The notes under the pieces were generated by a model. That model did not search any database. It saw only the letters and a program-made list of their open reading frames with translations, and had not been told where the DNA came from. A stretch of 64,000 nt of DNA from Candidatus Nanoarchaeia archaeon. Lineage in GTDB: Archaea > Nanobdellota > Nanobdellia > Woesearchaeales > JANQNC01. A program made the position numbers and the translations under genes. Shown here in pieces: positions 9,863 to 19,583 of the stretch; position 1 is the first letter of the stretch; every line of letters starts with the position of its first letter. The stretch lies in contig JANQNC010000001.1 in assembly GCA_028279745.1 (NCBI GenBank), positions 273,876-337,875 of the forward strand. Direction: 5' to 3'.

Positions 9863-10561
9863 ATGTCAGTAGCACAGCTAAAGAAAGACTTACTCGCAGA
9901 GGTAAAACCTGGCAAAAAGGCAGCTTTAGAGAGATTCTTCAAGACAGGTAAAGGCCAGTATGGAGAAGGTGATGTTTTCTTAGGGGTTATGGTTCCTGAA
10001 CAAAGGAAAGTTGCAAAGAAGTATTCTGAGTTAAGTTTAAAGGGAATAAAGACCTTATTGTATAGCAAGATACATGAGCATAGGTTGGTGAGTTTATTTA
10101 TTCTTATTGACAAATACAAAAGGTCTGATGAAAAAGGAAAAAAAGAGATATACAACTTTTATCTTAAGAATACAAAACAAGTAAACAACTGGGATTTGGT
10201 GGATCTATCAGCACATAAGATCGTTGGAGATTATCTGCTTGATAAAGACCGAAAGATATTGTATAAACTAGTTAAGTCTAAGAACTTGTGGGAAAGAAGA
10301 ATCTCAATAATATCCACATTTGCATTTACAGACAAGAAAGACTTCAAAGACGCAATAAAAATATGCGAAATACTGCTAAAAGACAAACATGACTTAATAC
10401 ACAAAGCAACCGGATGGGTATTAAGAGAGATAGGCAAGAAAGACCAAAAAGTTTTGGAAGGATTTTTAAAGAAATACAACAAAGTAATGCCAAGAACAAT
10501 GTTAAGATACTCAATAGAAAGACTAAGTGAAGCTAAAAGGAAGTTTTACATGAAAAAATAG
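9863..10561 (+). CDS. DNA alkylation repair enzyme (AlkC/AlkD-like HEAT-repeat DNA glycosylase family)
   Basis: ERFFKTGKGQYGEGDVFLGVMVPEQRKVAKKY and NNWDLVD...ATGWVLRE resemble the AlkD/DNA_alkylation family. Confidence 0.6.
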   Translation: MSVAQLKKDLLAEVKPGKKAALERFFKTGKGQYGEGDVFLGVMVPEQRKVAKKYSELSLKGIKTLLYSKIHEHRLVSLFILIDKYKRSDEKGKKEIYNFYLKNTKQVNNWDLVDLSAHKIVGDYLLDKDRKILYKLVKSKNLWERRISIISTFAFTDKKDFKDAIKICEILLKDKHDLIHKATGWVLREIGKKDQKVLEGFLKKYNKVMPRTMLRYSIERLSEAKRKFYMKK

Positions 10562-10572
10562 GAGGAAACAAA

Positions 10573-10854
10573 ATGGAAGAAGCAAAAAAACACTTTACTG
10601 AAGAGGAAGCAAAAGAGATAGGTGAAAAATTAGGGATAAAATGGGATAAGTTTGATGTTGATCAGTTCAGAAGAGGCATGGATGTTGAGTTAGAGCATGG
10701 AAAAAGAGATAGTGAAACAAATGTAACAAATGATAATGCCTTGCCTACTGGAAAAATTGCTCTAGCACATCTGAATGAATTCCCCGACTATTATGATCGG
10801 TTAGAAAAAATGGAAGAAGAAGCTGAAAAGTATTGGGAAGAGAAAGAAAACTAA
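10573..10854 (+). CDS. Small conserved acidic protein of unknown function (possibly DUF5661-like)
   Basis: 93 aa with GMDVELEHG...IALAHLNEFPDYYDRL motif; strong GGAGGAAACAAAATG ribosome-binding site. Confidence 0.45.
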   Translation: MEEAKKHFTEEEAKEIGEKLGIKWDKFDVDQFRRGMDVELEHGKRDSETNVTNDNALPTGKIALAHLNEFPDYYDRLEKMEEEAEKYWEEKEN

Positions 10855-10856
10855 AA

Positions 10857-11363
10857 TTATTCTTTTTGTTTTGCCTTTTCATAACAGCTAGCCCATAACG
10901 TTTCAAGATAGTTAAGCCTTTTGTTTAAAAGCTCGTTTTCTTTGACAGGATCATCAGAACTGATGTCAATATGATTCTGGTTAAGCTTGCCTTCTAATAG
11001 CCCAATCCTTCTCCCAACCGTATGTGCAGAAGAGCTATACATCGCATCAAGGTGAGATCTGTGAACACTTGTTATAACAACATTCTCAACATTCTCGGTT
11101 ATAACTGGAACATCATCTATAAACACAGCAGATTTAACCCACTCAGACTCAAGATAGTTAAGTCTTGCTTCCAACTGATTCTCTCTATCCTCAGCATCCC
11201 AAGCAATCTCAACATGTTCACAACCTAATTCATTTTCCAATATACATATCTGCCTTGCAGCATTATGTGCTCGAGCATGATCATAACGAGAATTAAGATA
11301 TCTCCTGTGTTTCTCTTCCATTTTTATTTCAGTTGTACTTGTCATATTTTCCATCAAAACCAC
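10857..11363 (-). CDS. Hypothetical protein with a tandem internal duplication
   Basis: Two roughly 57-aa repeats: HRRYLNSRYDHARAHNAARQICILENEL...RLNYLESEW and HRSHLDAMYSSSAHTVGRRIGLLEGKL...RLNYLETLW. Confidence 0.5.
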   Translation of the reverse strand: MVLMENMTSTTEIKMEEKHRRYLNSRYDHARAHNAARQICILENELGCEHVEIAWDAEDRENQLEARLNYLESEWVKSAVFIDDVPVITENVENVVITSVHRSHLDAMYSSSAHTVGRRIGLLEGKLNQNHIDISSDDPVKENELLNKRLNYLETLWASCYEKAKQKE

Positions 11364-11452
11364 CAGTTTGTGAGATTAATCAGTTATATATAAAGTTTGC
11401 CGCAATTTTTATAAAGCAAATAAACAAGGTAATGATATCGAGAGGTGATATC

Positions 11453-11830
11453 ATGCCAAGAGTAGTACACTTCGATCTTCCAGCAGAAGATCCAGAAAAA
11501 CTAAAAGGATTCTATGAACAAGTGTTTGGATGGAAATTTGAGAAATGGGATGACCCATCAGGGCAGATGGAATACTGGTTAATAACCACAGGGGAAGAAA
11601 ATGAACCAGGTATCAACGGAGGGATGGGAAAAAGAAAAGATGCTAATGAACAGATAGCAAACACGATAGGCGTTCCGAACGTTGATGAGTATATCAAAAA
11701 AGTAGAAGAAAATGGTGGAGAAATACTAATGCAGAAAATGGCAATTCCAGGCATTGGATGGATATCAAGTTTCAAAGATCCTCAAGGAAATAAGCACATG
11801 ATAATGCAAGATGACAAAGAAGCAAAATGA
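11453..11830 (+). CDS. VOC/glyoxalase-family protein
   Basis: MPRVVHFDLPAEDPEKLKGFYEQVFGWKF (glyoxalase/bleomycin-resistance fold); GAGGTGA ribosome-binding site before ATG 11453. The longer track ORF (11333) overlaps the upstream divergent gene. Confidence 0.65.
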   Translation: MPRVVHFDLPAEDPEKLKGFYEQVFGWKFEKWDDPSGQMEYWLITTGEENEPGINGGMGKRKDANEQIANTIGVPNVDEYIKKVEENGGEILMQKMAIPGIGWISSFKDPQGNKHMIMQDDKEAK

Positions 11831-12750
11831 GTAATGTATATCTAGTCAAGGGAGAAAGTAGAAAAGAAAACGTTAAACAAGCAGTTAAGTTAGCGGAAGC
11901 TGAATACTTGGAAAAGTTAAAGAAATCAAAAAGCATTCTGATCAAAGTAAACTTCGTAAGCAGTGACAAACAGCTAGCAGCAACACATGTAGATGCAGTA
12001 AAAGGAACAATTGAAGCACTGAGAGAACACACAGATGCACCAATAAGCGTGGGGGATGCAGCTTACAAAGACACAGACGATGCGTTCAGAAACTTTGGGT
12101 ATAATGAGCTTGAGGAGAATTATGAGAATGTTACACTGATAGATCTTAATAGAAGCGAAGCTACAGATTTTGAACTTTACACCGCTGAAAAAGCAAAGAG
12201 AAAGATCAAGATTTCTAAGACTGCTCTGAATTTTGACTTTAAAGTGTCATTGGCAATAATGAAAACACACTGTGATGTAATAACCACATTATCAATAAAG
12301 AACTGGTCTGTAGGAATAATGCTTCCAGGACTAAACGAGAACCAGATGCACACCAGATGTCACTACATACATGAAGATGACTTCGCAACAGTAAATAAGA
12401 ATACACTAAAAGTAACAAAAGAACATCCTTTTGATTTGGGAATCATAGATGGATTTGAAGCGATGGAAGGTGACGGACCTGCGATGGGCACACCAAAAGA
12501 GATGAAAGTTGCATTAGCAGGAGTTGATTTTGTTGAGTTAGATGCAGTTGCAACAGAGATAATGGGATTCAAAGCTTCAGATATAGGATACCTGTTTATA
12601 GCAAACAAAGAAGGAATGGGTGAAATTGAGCTAGACAAGATAAATGTTGAAGGTAACGTAAGCGTTGAAGATGTTAAGACTAAATTTGAGAATCCAAAGA
12701 AGTATGAAGAACAACTCAAATGGAAGGAACAGTTAACGAAAGATTTATAA
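11827..12750 (+). CDS. DUF362 domain protein
   Basis: ILIKVNFVS... pattern and size typical of DUF362 proteins; followed by a small ferredoxin gene. Confidence 0.5.
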   Translation: MSNVYLVKGESRKENVKQAVKLAEAEYLEKLKKSKSILIKVNFVSSDKQLAATHVDAVKGTIEALREHTDAPISVGDAAYKDTDDAFRNFGYNELEENYENVTLIDLNRSEATDFELYTAEKAKRKIKISKTALNFDFKVSLAIMKTHCDVITTLSIKNWSVGIMLPGLNENQMHTRCHYIHEDDFATVNKNTLKVTKEHPFDLGIIDGFEAMEGDGPAMGTPKEMKVALAGVDFVELDAVATEIMGFKASDIGYLFIANKEGMGEIELDKINVEGNVSVEDVKTKFENPKKYEEQLKWKEQLTKDL

Positions 12751-12795
12751 TTGAAAAATTTCAGTTTAAATAAATTATAATAAAAAGGTGATAAA

Positions 12796-13050
12796 ATGGC
12801 AAAGATAAAAACAGAAGACAAAGAATTAGAGTTAGAGGATGGTGTACCAATAGCAGATACTTGTGAACAGCTTGGAGTTCCACTAAGCTGCAGAGAAGGA
12901 GTTTGTGGCGTGTGCAGAATCGAAGTACTAGAAGGCATGGAAAACTTAAGCCCAAAAACAGAAAAAGAAGAAGAAATGGGTTTAGGAGATAATGAGAGAT
13001 TAGCGTGCCAGTGCAAGATCAATTCAGGAGAAATAAAGATTAAGTTCTAA
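12796..13050 (+). CDS. 2Fe-2S ferredoxin
   Basis: CREGVCGVCRIEV...LACQCK (Cx4CxxC...C 2Fe-2S motif); GGTGA ribosome-binding site. Confidence 0.75.
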   Translation: MAKIKTEDKELELEDGVPIADTCEQLGVPLSCREGVCGVCRIEVLEGMENLSPKTEKEEEMGLGDNERLACQCKINSGEIKIKF

Positions 13051-13052
13051 AC

Positions 13053-13790
13053 TTATTTTTTCTTTTTATCTTTTACACCAATAAAATATATACTATAAGG
13101 TGCCATATAAGAAAATTTGTTCTTAATTAAGAGATAATCTAAAAATTTTATTGGGAAAAAAACATAACCAAACATCCCTTTAAAGAAAATAAACAACATT
13201 TTTGAGTTAAAAGAGAATAGAATAGCAAAAAAATTCTTAAGCATAACTGTAATTGCTGCGGCAGGACCGTGTTCAACCCCACACTTTAAACATCTAAACT
13301 CTTTAAATAAATTAATAACACCCGTATGAGAATATCTTTGCATATCTACAGGGTCTTCATGATACCCATAAAGAAAAGGAACGCTGACAAAAATTTTTCC
13401 ACCAGGTTTTAAAACACGAAAACACTCAGCAGCCACTTTTTGGGGTTCTTTAACATGTTGCATAACCGCCGTGTTTATAACAAGATCAAATGTATCGCTT
13501 TTGATTGGCATATCTGCTGCATCTGCGATAATATCTGCAGACCCTTTGTCTTCAATATCAAGATAAGTAAAGTTTTTCTTCTTTTTACTCCTAGACCCTA
13601 AATTCAAAACTTTCGCACCAGGATTGTTTCGAAACAGCTCATCAATTAATCCCCTATAACTTCTACTTGAAGGAAAATTTCTAGAATGAACCATTCCAGA
13701 GGGCAGTTTTAAAATTCTTAGGATTAAGTTTCTTAAAAAAGGAATTTTTTTAATTGCTTGTTTGATAGATTTTATTTTAACTGCCCCCAA
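13053..13790 (-). CDS. Class I SAM-dependent methyltransferase (type 11)
   Basis: VLNLGSRS...DLVINTAVMQHV...FRVLKPGGKIFV (motifs I, II, post-I). Confidence 0.7.
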   Translation of the reverse strand: MGAVKIKSIKQAIKKIPFLRNLILRILKLPSGMVHSRNFPSSRSYRGLIDELFRNNPGAKVLNLGSRSKKKKNFTYLDIEDKGSADIIADAADMPIKSDTFDLVINTAVMQHVKEPQKVAAECFRVLKPGGKIFVSVPFLYGYHEDPVDMQRYSHTGVINLFKEFRCLKCGVEHGPAAAITVMLKNFFAILFSFNSKMLFIFFKGMFGYVFFPIKFLDYLLIKNKFSYMAPYSIYFIGVKDKKKK

Positions 13791-13824
13791 TTAACTAAAA
13801 GGAACCAAGGGAGTTATTTAAAGA

Positions 13825-14247
13825 TTAGCTTCTCTTTTTTAAGTGATCATGCTTGTTTTTTAAATCTTCAGGGATCTCAATGCCTTTCTCTTTGTAATAA
13901 TTATAGACTGCTTCTCCTAATGCTTCAGTTGCCAAAACAGAACAATGGATCTTAACTGTAGGCAGATTTCCTAATCCTTTGATAATATCATCTTTCTTAA
14001 CTTTCGAAGCTTCTTCTAGAGACATGCCTTTAACCATCTCCGTCAATATGCTTGATGTTGAGATAGCAGCAACACAACCAAAAGTTTCAAACTTGATGTC
14101 TTTTATTATGTTGTTCTCAATCTTAAGGTAAATTCTCATTACATCACCGCAAGTAGGGTTACCAACCTCGCCTATTGCATCTGCATTGTCCATCTTGCCG
14201 CAATTTCGTGGATTTTTAAAATGATCCATAACTTCTTCGCTGTACAT
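13825..14247 (-). CDS. iscU: Fe-S cluster assembly scaffold IscU/NifU
   Basis: NPRNCGKM...GNPTCGDVMRIYLKI...HCSVLATEAL with the three conserved Cys. Confidence 0.9.
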   Translation of the reverse strand: MYSEEVMDHFKNPRNCGKMDNADAIGEVGNPTCGDVMRIYLKIENNIIKDIKFETFGCVAAISTSSILTEMVKGMSLEEASKVKKDDIIKGLGNLPTVKIHCSVLATEALGEAVYNYYKEKGIEIPEDLKNKHDHLKKRS

Positions 14248-14248
14248 T

Positions 14249-15403
14249 TTATTTTAAAGGAGATATTTCCCTTAACCTCTTAATTATTTTTGGAAGTGTT
14301 TCTAAAAGAGTGTTAACTTCCTCTTCTGTAGTCTGTCTTCCTAAAGAAACTCTTAATGAACCGTGTGCGTCAGCAGCGCTAATGCCTAGTGCTGTAAGAA
14401 CATGCGAAGGTGTTAACTTAGGTGAAGAACATGCTGAACCAGTTGAACAAGCGATTTCTTCTTCATCCAACATCATTATTATTGATTCACCTTCAATATT
14501 TTTGAATCTTATGTTAATGTTATTTGGCAATCTTTTATCTTTACTGCCGTTAAGTGTTGAGTCTGGAATTTCTTTTAATATTGTGCTTATTATCTTGTTT
14601 CTTAGTTCAACCTGTCTTTTGCTTTCAGCACCTAACTCAAGTTCAGCCATACATAACTCAACCGCTCTTGCAAATCCAACAATGGCTGCCAAGTTAACAG
14701 TTGAACTTCTCTTATTGAACTCATGACCTCCTCCATGTAATAAAGGAGTTATCCTTGTTCCTTGTTTTATCATCAGTAAAGCAGAGCCTTTAGGGCCATA
14801 CATCTTATGAGAAGATGCAGTTAACAGGTCAATATTTTCTGTGTTTATAGGAATCTTACCAAAGGACTGTGCTGCGTCAGTGTGGAATAAGACTTTGTGA
14901 TTTTTGCAGATAGCTGCTATTTCTTCAATAGGCTGTATTGTCCCTATTTCATTATTAGCGTGCATTATGCTTACTAGAATCGTATTGTCTTTTATTGCTG
15001 CTTTTACGTCTTCAGGGTTGATTAGTCCTTCTTGGTTTACCTTGACTTCTGTTATTTCTAAACCTTCTTTCTTCAGAAAGTTTGCAGTCTCTTTTACACA
15101 GTCATGCTCTATGTTTGAGATTATAATGTGATTACCTTTGTCTTTGTAAGCATTTGCAACTCCTTTCAATGCAAAGTTATTGCTTTCAGTTGCAGATGCA
15201 GTAAAGATCATCTCATTTGGTTTTACATTTAAGGAGTTTGCAATAGTGCTCCTGCTTTTCTCAAGCGCTGCTGCGGTTTCCTGCCCAAAACTATGTAATG
15301 AAGAAGTGTTTCCAAACATTTTAACCATGTAAGGACACAAAGACTTTGAGACTTTAGAATCGATCGGAGTTGTTGCCGCATAATCGAGATATATTCGTTT
15401 CAT
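14249..15403 (-). CDS. iscS: Cysteine desulfurase IscS/NifS (class V aminotransferase)
   Basis: YLDYAATTP...SSHKMYGPKG (PLP-lysine)...active-site Cys loop SACSS. Confidence 0.9.
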   Translation of the reverse strand: MKRIYLDYAATTPIDSKVSKSLCPYMVKMFGNTSSLHSFGQETAAALEKSRSTIANSLNVKPNEMIFTASATESNNFALKGVANAYKDKGNHIIISNIEHDCVKETANFLKKEGLEITEVKVNQEGLINPEDVKAAIKDNTILVSIMHANNEIGTIQPIEEIAAICKNHKVLFHTDAAQSFGKIPINTENIDLLTASSHKMYGPKGSALLMIKQGTRITPLLHGGGHEFNKRSSTVNLAAIVGFARAVELCMAELELGAESKRQVELRNKIISTILKEIPDSTLNGSKDKRLPNNINIRFKNIEGESIIMMLDEEEIACSTGSACSSPKLTPSHVLTALGISAADAHGSLRVSLGRQTTEEEVNTLLETLPKIIKRLREISPLK

Positions 15404-15639
15404 TATTCTTTTTTATCTCCTTTTTCTTCAGCTCTTTTTTCAACTGCCGCATTCATCTCTTCAATCATCTTATCGATCTCTTTGTCATCAAACCCATGAC
15501 CTTTACAACCGTCTTCAATCGTTTCTGTCAAAGAGACAGCACAACCAATACAGTGTAAGCCGTGATCAAAGAAAACTTCTGCAACTTCAGAATGTTCTTT
15601 AACTACATCTCCAATAATCATATCTTTTGTTATCTTCAT
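15403..15639 (-). CDS. DUF1858 / hybrid-cluster-protein-associated redox-disulfide domain protein
   Basis: ITKDMIIGDVVKEHSEVAEVFFDHGLHCIGCAVSLTETIEDGC (CxxC); overlaps the iscS start. Confidence 0.6.
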   Translation of the reverse strand: MKITKDMIIGDVVKEHSEVAEVFFDHGLHCIGCAVSLTETIEDGCKGHGFDDKEIDKMIEEMNAAVEKRAEEKGDKKE

Positions 15640-15642
15640 TTT

Positions 15643-15822
15643 TTATTCCTCCTTCTTTATTGCCCCAACTGGGCAAGTATCTAGAATTTCATCTACGATG
15701 TCTTCGGGAACATCGTCTGTTTTTGTTTTTGCTTTGCCATCCACCAGCTCAAAATACTCTTCAGCAACTGCAGTGCAAGCTCCACACCCAATACATTCTT
15801 CTTCGTCTATTTTTACTTTCAT
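15643..15822 (-). CDS. Small single-cluster 4Fe-4S ferredoxin (59 aa)
   Basis: Absent from the ORF track because it is under 60 aa. My translation is MKVKIDEEECIGCGACTAVAEEYFELVDGKAKTKTDDVPEDIVDEILDTCPVGAIKKEE, with CxxCxxC...CP as in a 4Fe-4S ferredoxin; it lies 3 nt upstream of the DUF1858 gene. Confidence 0.7.
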   Translation of the reverse strand: MKVKIDEEECIGCGACTAVAEEYFELVDGKAKTKTDDVPEDIVDEILDTCPVGAIKKEE

Positions 15823-15993
15823 TTAAATTCCACCCTTATTTTTTAAAGTTCTGCTTATAAGTAAGCATATAATATATAAAGATTGTGGCTATATATTATA
15901 GGATATTCATACTATGAGGTTATGTATTATAAGGAATTTCGGCTATAAGTTATAACCAACAACTACTTTAAGCTTTTCATATATAGAAAAGAC

Positions 15994-16542
15994 ATGGAGA
16001 TAGAAGAATTGGATTCACTGGAGAAAGAAAGCATAAGAAGAGCAATACCCATAATAGGTTCAGAGAAAGGTGAGTGGTTGCTTGACAAAGTTAAGGAAGT
16101 TAAACCTTCCAAAGTGTTAGAGTTAGGAACTGCAAATGGTTATTCTGGAATAATATTAGGCTCAGAAGGTGCAGATATAACAACCATAGAACAAAATCCA
16201 AAAGTTGCTCCTGAAGCTAAAGCGAATTTTGAAAAGTTTGGTATAAATGCAAATATACTTGTAGGTGAAGGTGTGAGTTTTGTGAGATCGTTAGCAGACC
16301 ACCCAACCAATAAAGAAAGCTTCGATATGATATTCATCGACTTCTCTAAGAAGAACTATATCGATATTATTGAAGACTGTATCAAGCTAGTCAAGGTTGA
16401 TGGGCTGATTATAGCAGACAATATAATGAAAGAAGATTGTCAAGATTACGTTGAGAAAGTGAAGAATGACGATAGGTTGGAAACTTCCATCGTCGATATT
16501 AAGGATGGACTGAGTGTAAGTAAGAAAACAAAACCATTTTAA
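15994..16542 (+). CDS. Class I SAM-dependent O-methyltransferase (family 3-like)
   Basis: VLELGTANGYSGIILG...MIFIDFSKKNY...IIADNI motifs. Confidence 0.6.
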   Translation: MEIEELDSLEKESIRRAIPIIGSEKGEWLLDKVKEVKPSKVLELGTANGYSGIILGSEGADITTIEQNPKVAPEAKANFEKFGINANILVGEGVSFVRSLADHPTNKESFDMIFIDFSKKNYIDIIEDCIKLVKVDGLIIADNIMKEDCQDYVEKVKNDDRLETSIVDIKDGLSVSKKTKPF

Positions 16543-16566
16543 AAAGAAGAAGACTTCTCTCAGGCT

Positions 16567-16986
16567 ATGAAATACGAGATGCTAGAACATACAGCAGATG
16601 CAAAGTTTAGAGCTTATGGTTCAAACTTAGAAGAAGCATTCACCAATGCAGCTTTAGCTACTGGTGCGATCATGGCAGACATGGAATCTATCGAAGCTTC
16701 AATGGAAAAAAAAGTTAATGTTAGTGCAAACAGAAAAGAATCATTGTTGTATGACTTTTTAGAAGAGATATTATTTTTACTAGACACAGAAAACTTTTTG
16801 ATAAAAGACGTTAAAAGTCTAGCAATTGAAAAAAGAGAAGGGAAGTTTCAGTTAAGTGCAGTATTAGTTGGAGGAGAAGCAGACAAATACGAAATATTCG
16901 GAGCGATTAAAGCTGTTACTTACAGCGACATGTTCATAAAAGAAGAAGACGGACAAGTAATAGTCCAAGTAGTCCACGATCTTTAA
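16567..16986 (+). CDS. Archease (RtcB activator)
   Basis: YEMLEHTADAKFRAYGSNLEEAF N-terminus; immediately upstream of rtcB. Confidence 0.85.
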   Translation: MKYEMLEHTADAKFRAYGSNLEEAFTNAALATGAIMADMESIEASMEKKVNVSANRKESLLYDFLEEILFLLDTENFLIKDVKSLAIEKREGKFQLSAVLVGGEADKYEIFGAIKAVTYSDMFIKEEDGQVIVQVVHDL

Positions 16987-16995
16987 GGAGGAAAA

Positions 16996-18429
16996 ATGGA
17001 AGAAAAAATAGAACCAAAAAAACTAAACGATTATTCATTCATAGTAGACAAAAAAGGACCGATGAAAGTACCTTTGAAAATATTCGCAAGTGAAAAACTG
17101 CTAAAAAAGATGCAGGAAGATAAATGCATTCAGCAAGGAGTAAATGTTGCATCATTGCCTGGGATAAGAGGCTTTTCAATGATGATGCCAGACGCACACC
17201 AAGGATACGGGTTTAGTATTGGGGGAGTTGCAGCGTTAGATTTTGAAAAAGGATGTATCTCCCCAGGAGGAATAGGGTTTGACATCAACTGCGGTGTAAG
17301 GCTATTAACAACCAACCTAACAAAAGACGAAGTTGAACCAAAAGTAAGACATCTGCTTGAACAATTCTTTGAAAACGTGCCAGCAGGAGTAGGATCAAAA
17401 TCAGAAATAAAACTAACAGATGAAGAGCTAGACGAAGTGCTTGTAAAAGGAGCCAAATGGGCACTAACAAAAGGATATGGGACTGAAGAAGATGTTGAAC
17501 ATTGCGAAGAACAAGGATCCATGAAAGGTGCAGATGCTTCAAAAGTAAGCGTTAAAGCAAAAGCTCGAGGAAGAAAACAACTTGGAACATTAGGAGCAGG
17601 AAACCATTTCCTAGAAATACAATATGTATCAAAAGTATTTGATAAAGAAGCTGCTTCAGTGTTTGGATTTGAAGAAGGACAAGTTGTAGTACAGATACAT
17701 TGTGGTTCGAGAGGATTGGGCCACCAAGTTTGTTCAGATTATTTGAGAAAGATGGAAGACAACTACCCAGACATAATGGAAAAACTACCTGAAAAAGATC
17801 TTATTTATGCACCCTCAGGTTCACAGATCGCAAATGACTATTTTGCAGGAATGGTTGCTTCAGCTAATTTTGCGTGGGCAAATAGACATATAATAGGACA
17901 TCAAGTAAGAAAATCATTCAAAGAGATATTTGAAAAAGCTGAATTGCATACTTTGTATGATGTAGCACACAACATAGCAAAGATAGAAGAACATACTGTT
18001 GATGGTGAGACTTTCAAAGCTTATCTTCATAGAAAGGGTGCGACCAGAGCATTTGGACCTGGAAGCGATGAAATCCCTTCTAAATATAGAGAAGTAGGGC
18101 AACCAATCCTAATACCTGGATCGATGGGTACTTCATCATATGTTTTAGTTGGAACAGAAAAATCAATGGAAGAATCATTTGGGAGTACTGCACACGGAGC
18201 AGGAAGACTGATGTCAAGACATGAAGCGAATAGGAACTGGAGAGGAGAAGATGTTAAAGAAAGTCTTAAAGAACAAGGCATTTACGTAAAAGCAGCATCA
18301 TGGAAAGGAGTTAGTGAAGAAGCACCTGGCGCATACAAGGATGTTGATGAAGTAGTCAAAGTAAGCGACGCAGCAGGAATAGGCAAGCTAGTTGTTCAAC
18401 TGAAACCAATGGGTGTGGTGAAAGGTTAA
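16996..18429 (+). CDS. rtcB: RNA-splicing ligase RtcB
   Basis: GIGFDINCGVRL...GAGNHF...HCGSRGLGHQ...GSMGT...TAHGAGR (RtcB metal/GMP sites). Confidence 0.92.
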   Translation: MEEKIEPKKLNDYSFIVDKKGPMKVPLKIFASEKLLKKMQEDKCIQQGVNVASLPGIRGFSMMMPDAHQGYGFSIGGVAALDFEKGCISPGGIGFDINCGVRLLTTNLTKDEVEPKVRHLLEQFFENVPAGVGSKSEIKLTDEELDEVLVKGAKWALTKGYGTEEDVEHCEEQGSMKGADASKVSVKAKARGRKQLGTLGAGNHFLEIQYVSKVFDKEAASVFGFEEGQVVVQIHCGSRGLGHQVCSDYLRKMEDNYPDIMEKLPEKDLIYAPSGSQIANDYFAGMVASANFAWANRHIIGHQVRKSFKEIFEKAELHTLYDVAHNIAKIEEHTVDGETFKAYLHRKGATRAFGPGSDEIPSKYREVGQPILIPGSMGTSSYVLVGTEKSMEESFGSTAHGAGRLMSRHEANRNWRGEDVKESLKEQGIYVKAASWKGVSEEAPGAYKDVDEVVKVSDAAGIGKLVVQLKPMGVVKG

Positions 18430-19508
18430 TCCAACTCACACTCATCTTTTTCTATTTTGTCTTTTGTTCCTTTGCCGCTCAAGCCAGTCTCTGGTGTTGG
18501 AAGTAAATAATCTTCTGTGGAGAAATCTTTGTCTGAATTGACTAAATTGTGCCATTTCTTGAAATCGATCCAAGACATCCATTTGTTGTTTATTTTGAAT
18601 TTCTTTTTTGCCAACAGTATAACTCTTGATGGAATGTGTTCAGAAACAATCTCGTAATCATCTAAGTATTGAATCAAATCTTTAGTGAACTCAACAACAT
18701 CTTCATGGTAAGGCATGTTGGATTTATCTAAAATCTGTCTTGAAGCACCAACAAACATGTAACCTTTAACTTCAACAAAATCAGGACTGCCTCTTTCGAT
18801 AAGTTTAGCATACCCTTCAGGCTCGATCATATTCATATCTTTAAGTAAAGTTATCCTTATGCATGTTCTGTCTTTTCTAGTTGACATTAGGTCTAATGAT
18901 TGCAACATTCTGTCCCAAGAATCCTTAAACAAAGGAACATCAATCTTTTTCCAAACCTCTTCGTTAGGACCATCTAAACTAATGTATAACTGAGTGACTT
19001 GATCCATATCCGCCAAATGCTTAGGGTATTGACCATTAGTAACCATAAACGTAGAAATGTTCTGTTTATTACAAAGGGCAAGGAATTCATTCAGTTTAGG
19101 ATAGATTAAAGGTTCTCCTGTAAGAGATAATGCAACATGCCTTACAGTCTGACTCTGCTCTAACACTTTTTTATCAGCATTCTCATTTCCACCAAAACCT
19201 TGCAGTAGTTTAATGTGTGCTTCGATACTTCTAGTGAGAATTAGATCAGGTTCGTCTACATCTCCTTGCCATTCTTTAGCAACAGGTTCTTTATGTCCTC
19301 TCCAACAGAATAAACACCTATTAGCACATGAAAGACAAGTAGTCATCTGCAGACATTGATGGCTCATGATACCATAAAACTTCAGCTTATAACATCCGCC
19401 TCTGCCACGAATCATATTTTTAGTCCAACCACAAACCTTCACAGCTGAATGACTGCCGGCAAACCTATACTGTTGAGATTCCATCTCTTCTTTCGTTTTT
19501 GTGTCCAT
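18426..19508 (-). CDS. taw1: 4-demethylwyosine synthase Taw1/TYW1 (radical SAM)
   Basis: CYKLKFYGIMSHQCLQMTTCLSCANRCLFCWR (CxxxCxxC) plus overall Taw1 layout. Confidence 0.85.
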   Translation of the reverse strand: MDTKTKEEMESQQYRFAGSHSAVKVCGWTKNMIRGRGGCYKLKFYGIMSHQCLQMTTCLSCANRCLFCWRGHKEPVAKEWQGDVDEPDLILTRSIEAHIKLLQGFGGNENADKKVLEQSQTVRHVALSLTGEPLIYPKLNEFLALCNKQNISTFMVTNGQYPKHLADMDQVTQLYISLDGPNEEVWKKIDVPLFKDSWDRMLQSLDLMSTRKDRTCIRITLLKDMNMIEPEGYAKLIERGSPDFVEVKGYMFVGASRQILDKSNMPYHEDVVEFTKDLIQYLDDYEIVSEHIPSRVILLAKKKFKINNKWMSWIDFKKWHNLVNSDKDFSTEDYLLPTPETGLSGKGTKDKIEKDECELD

Positions 19509-19583
19509 AAACTTTCAGGATGCAATCCTCCCCTTAAAAAGGTTATGCAAAGGTTTATATTTCTAATTCTGAAACTCACTAAA

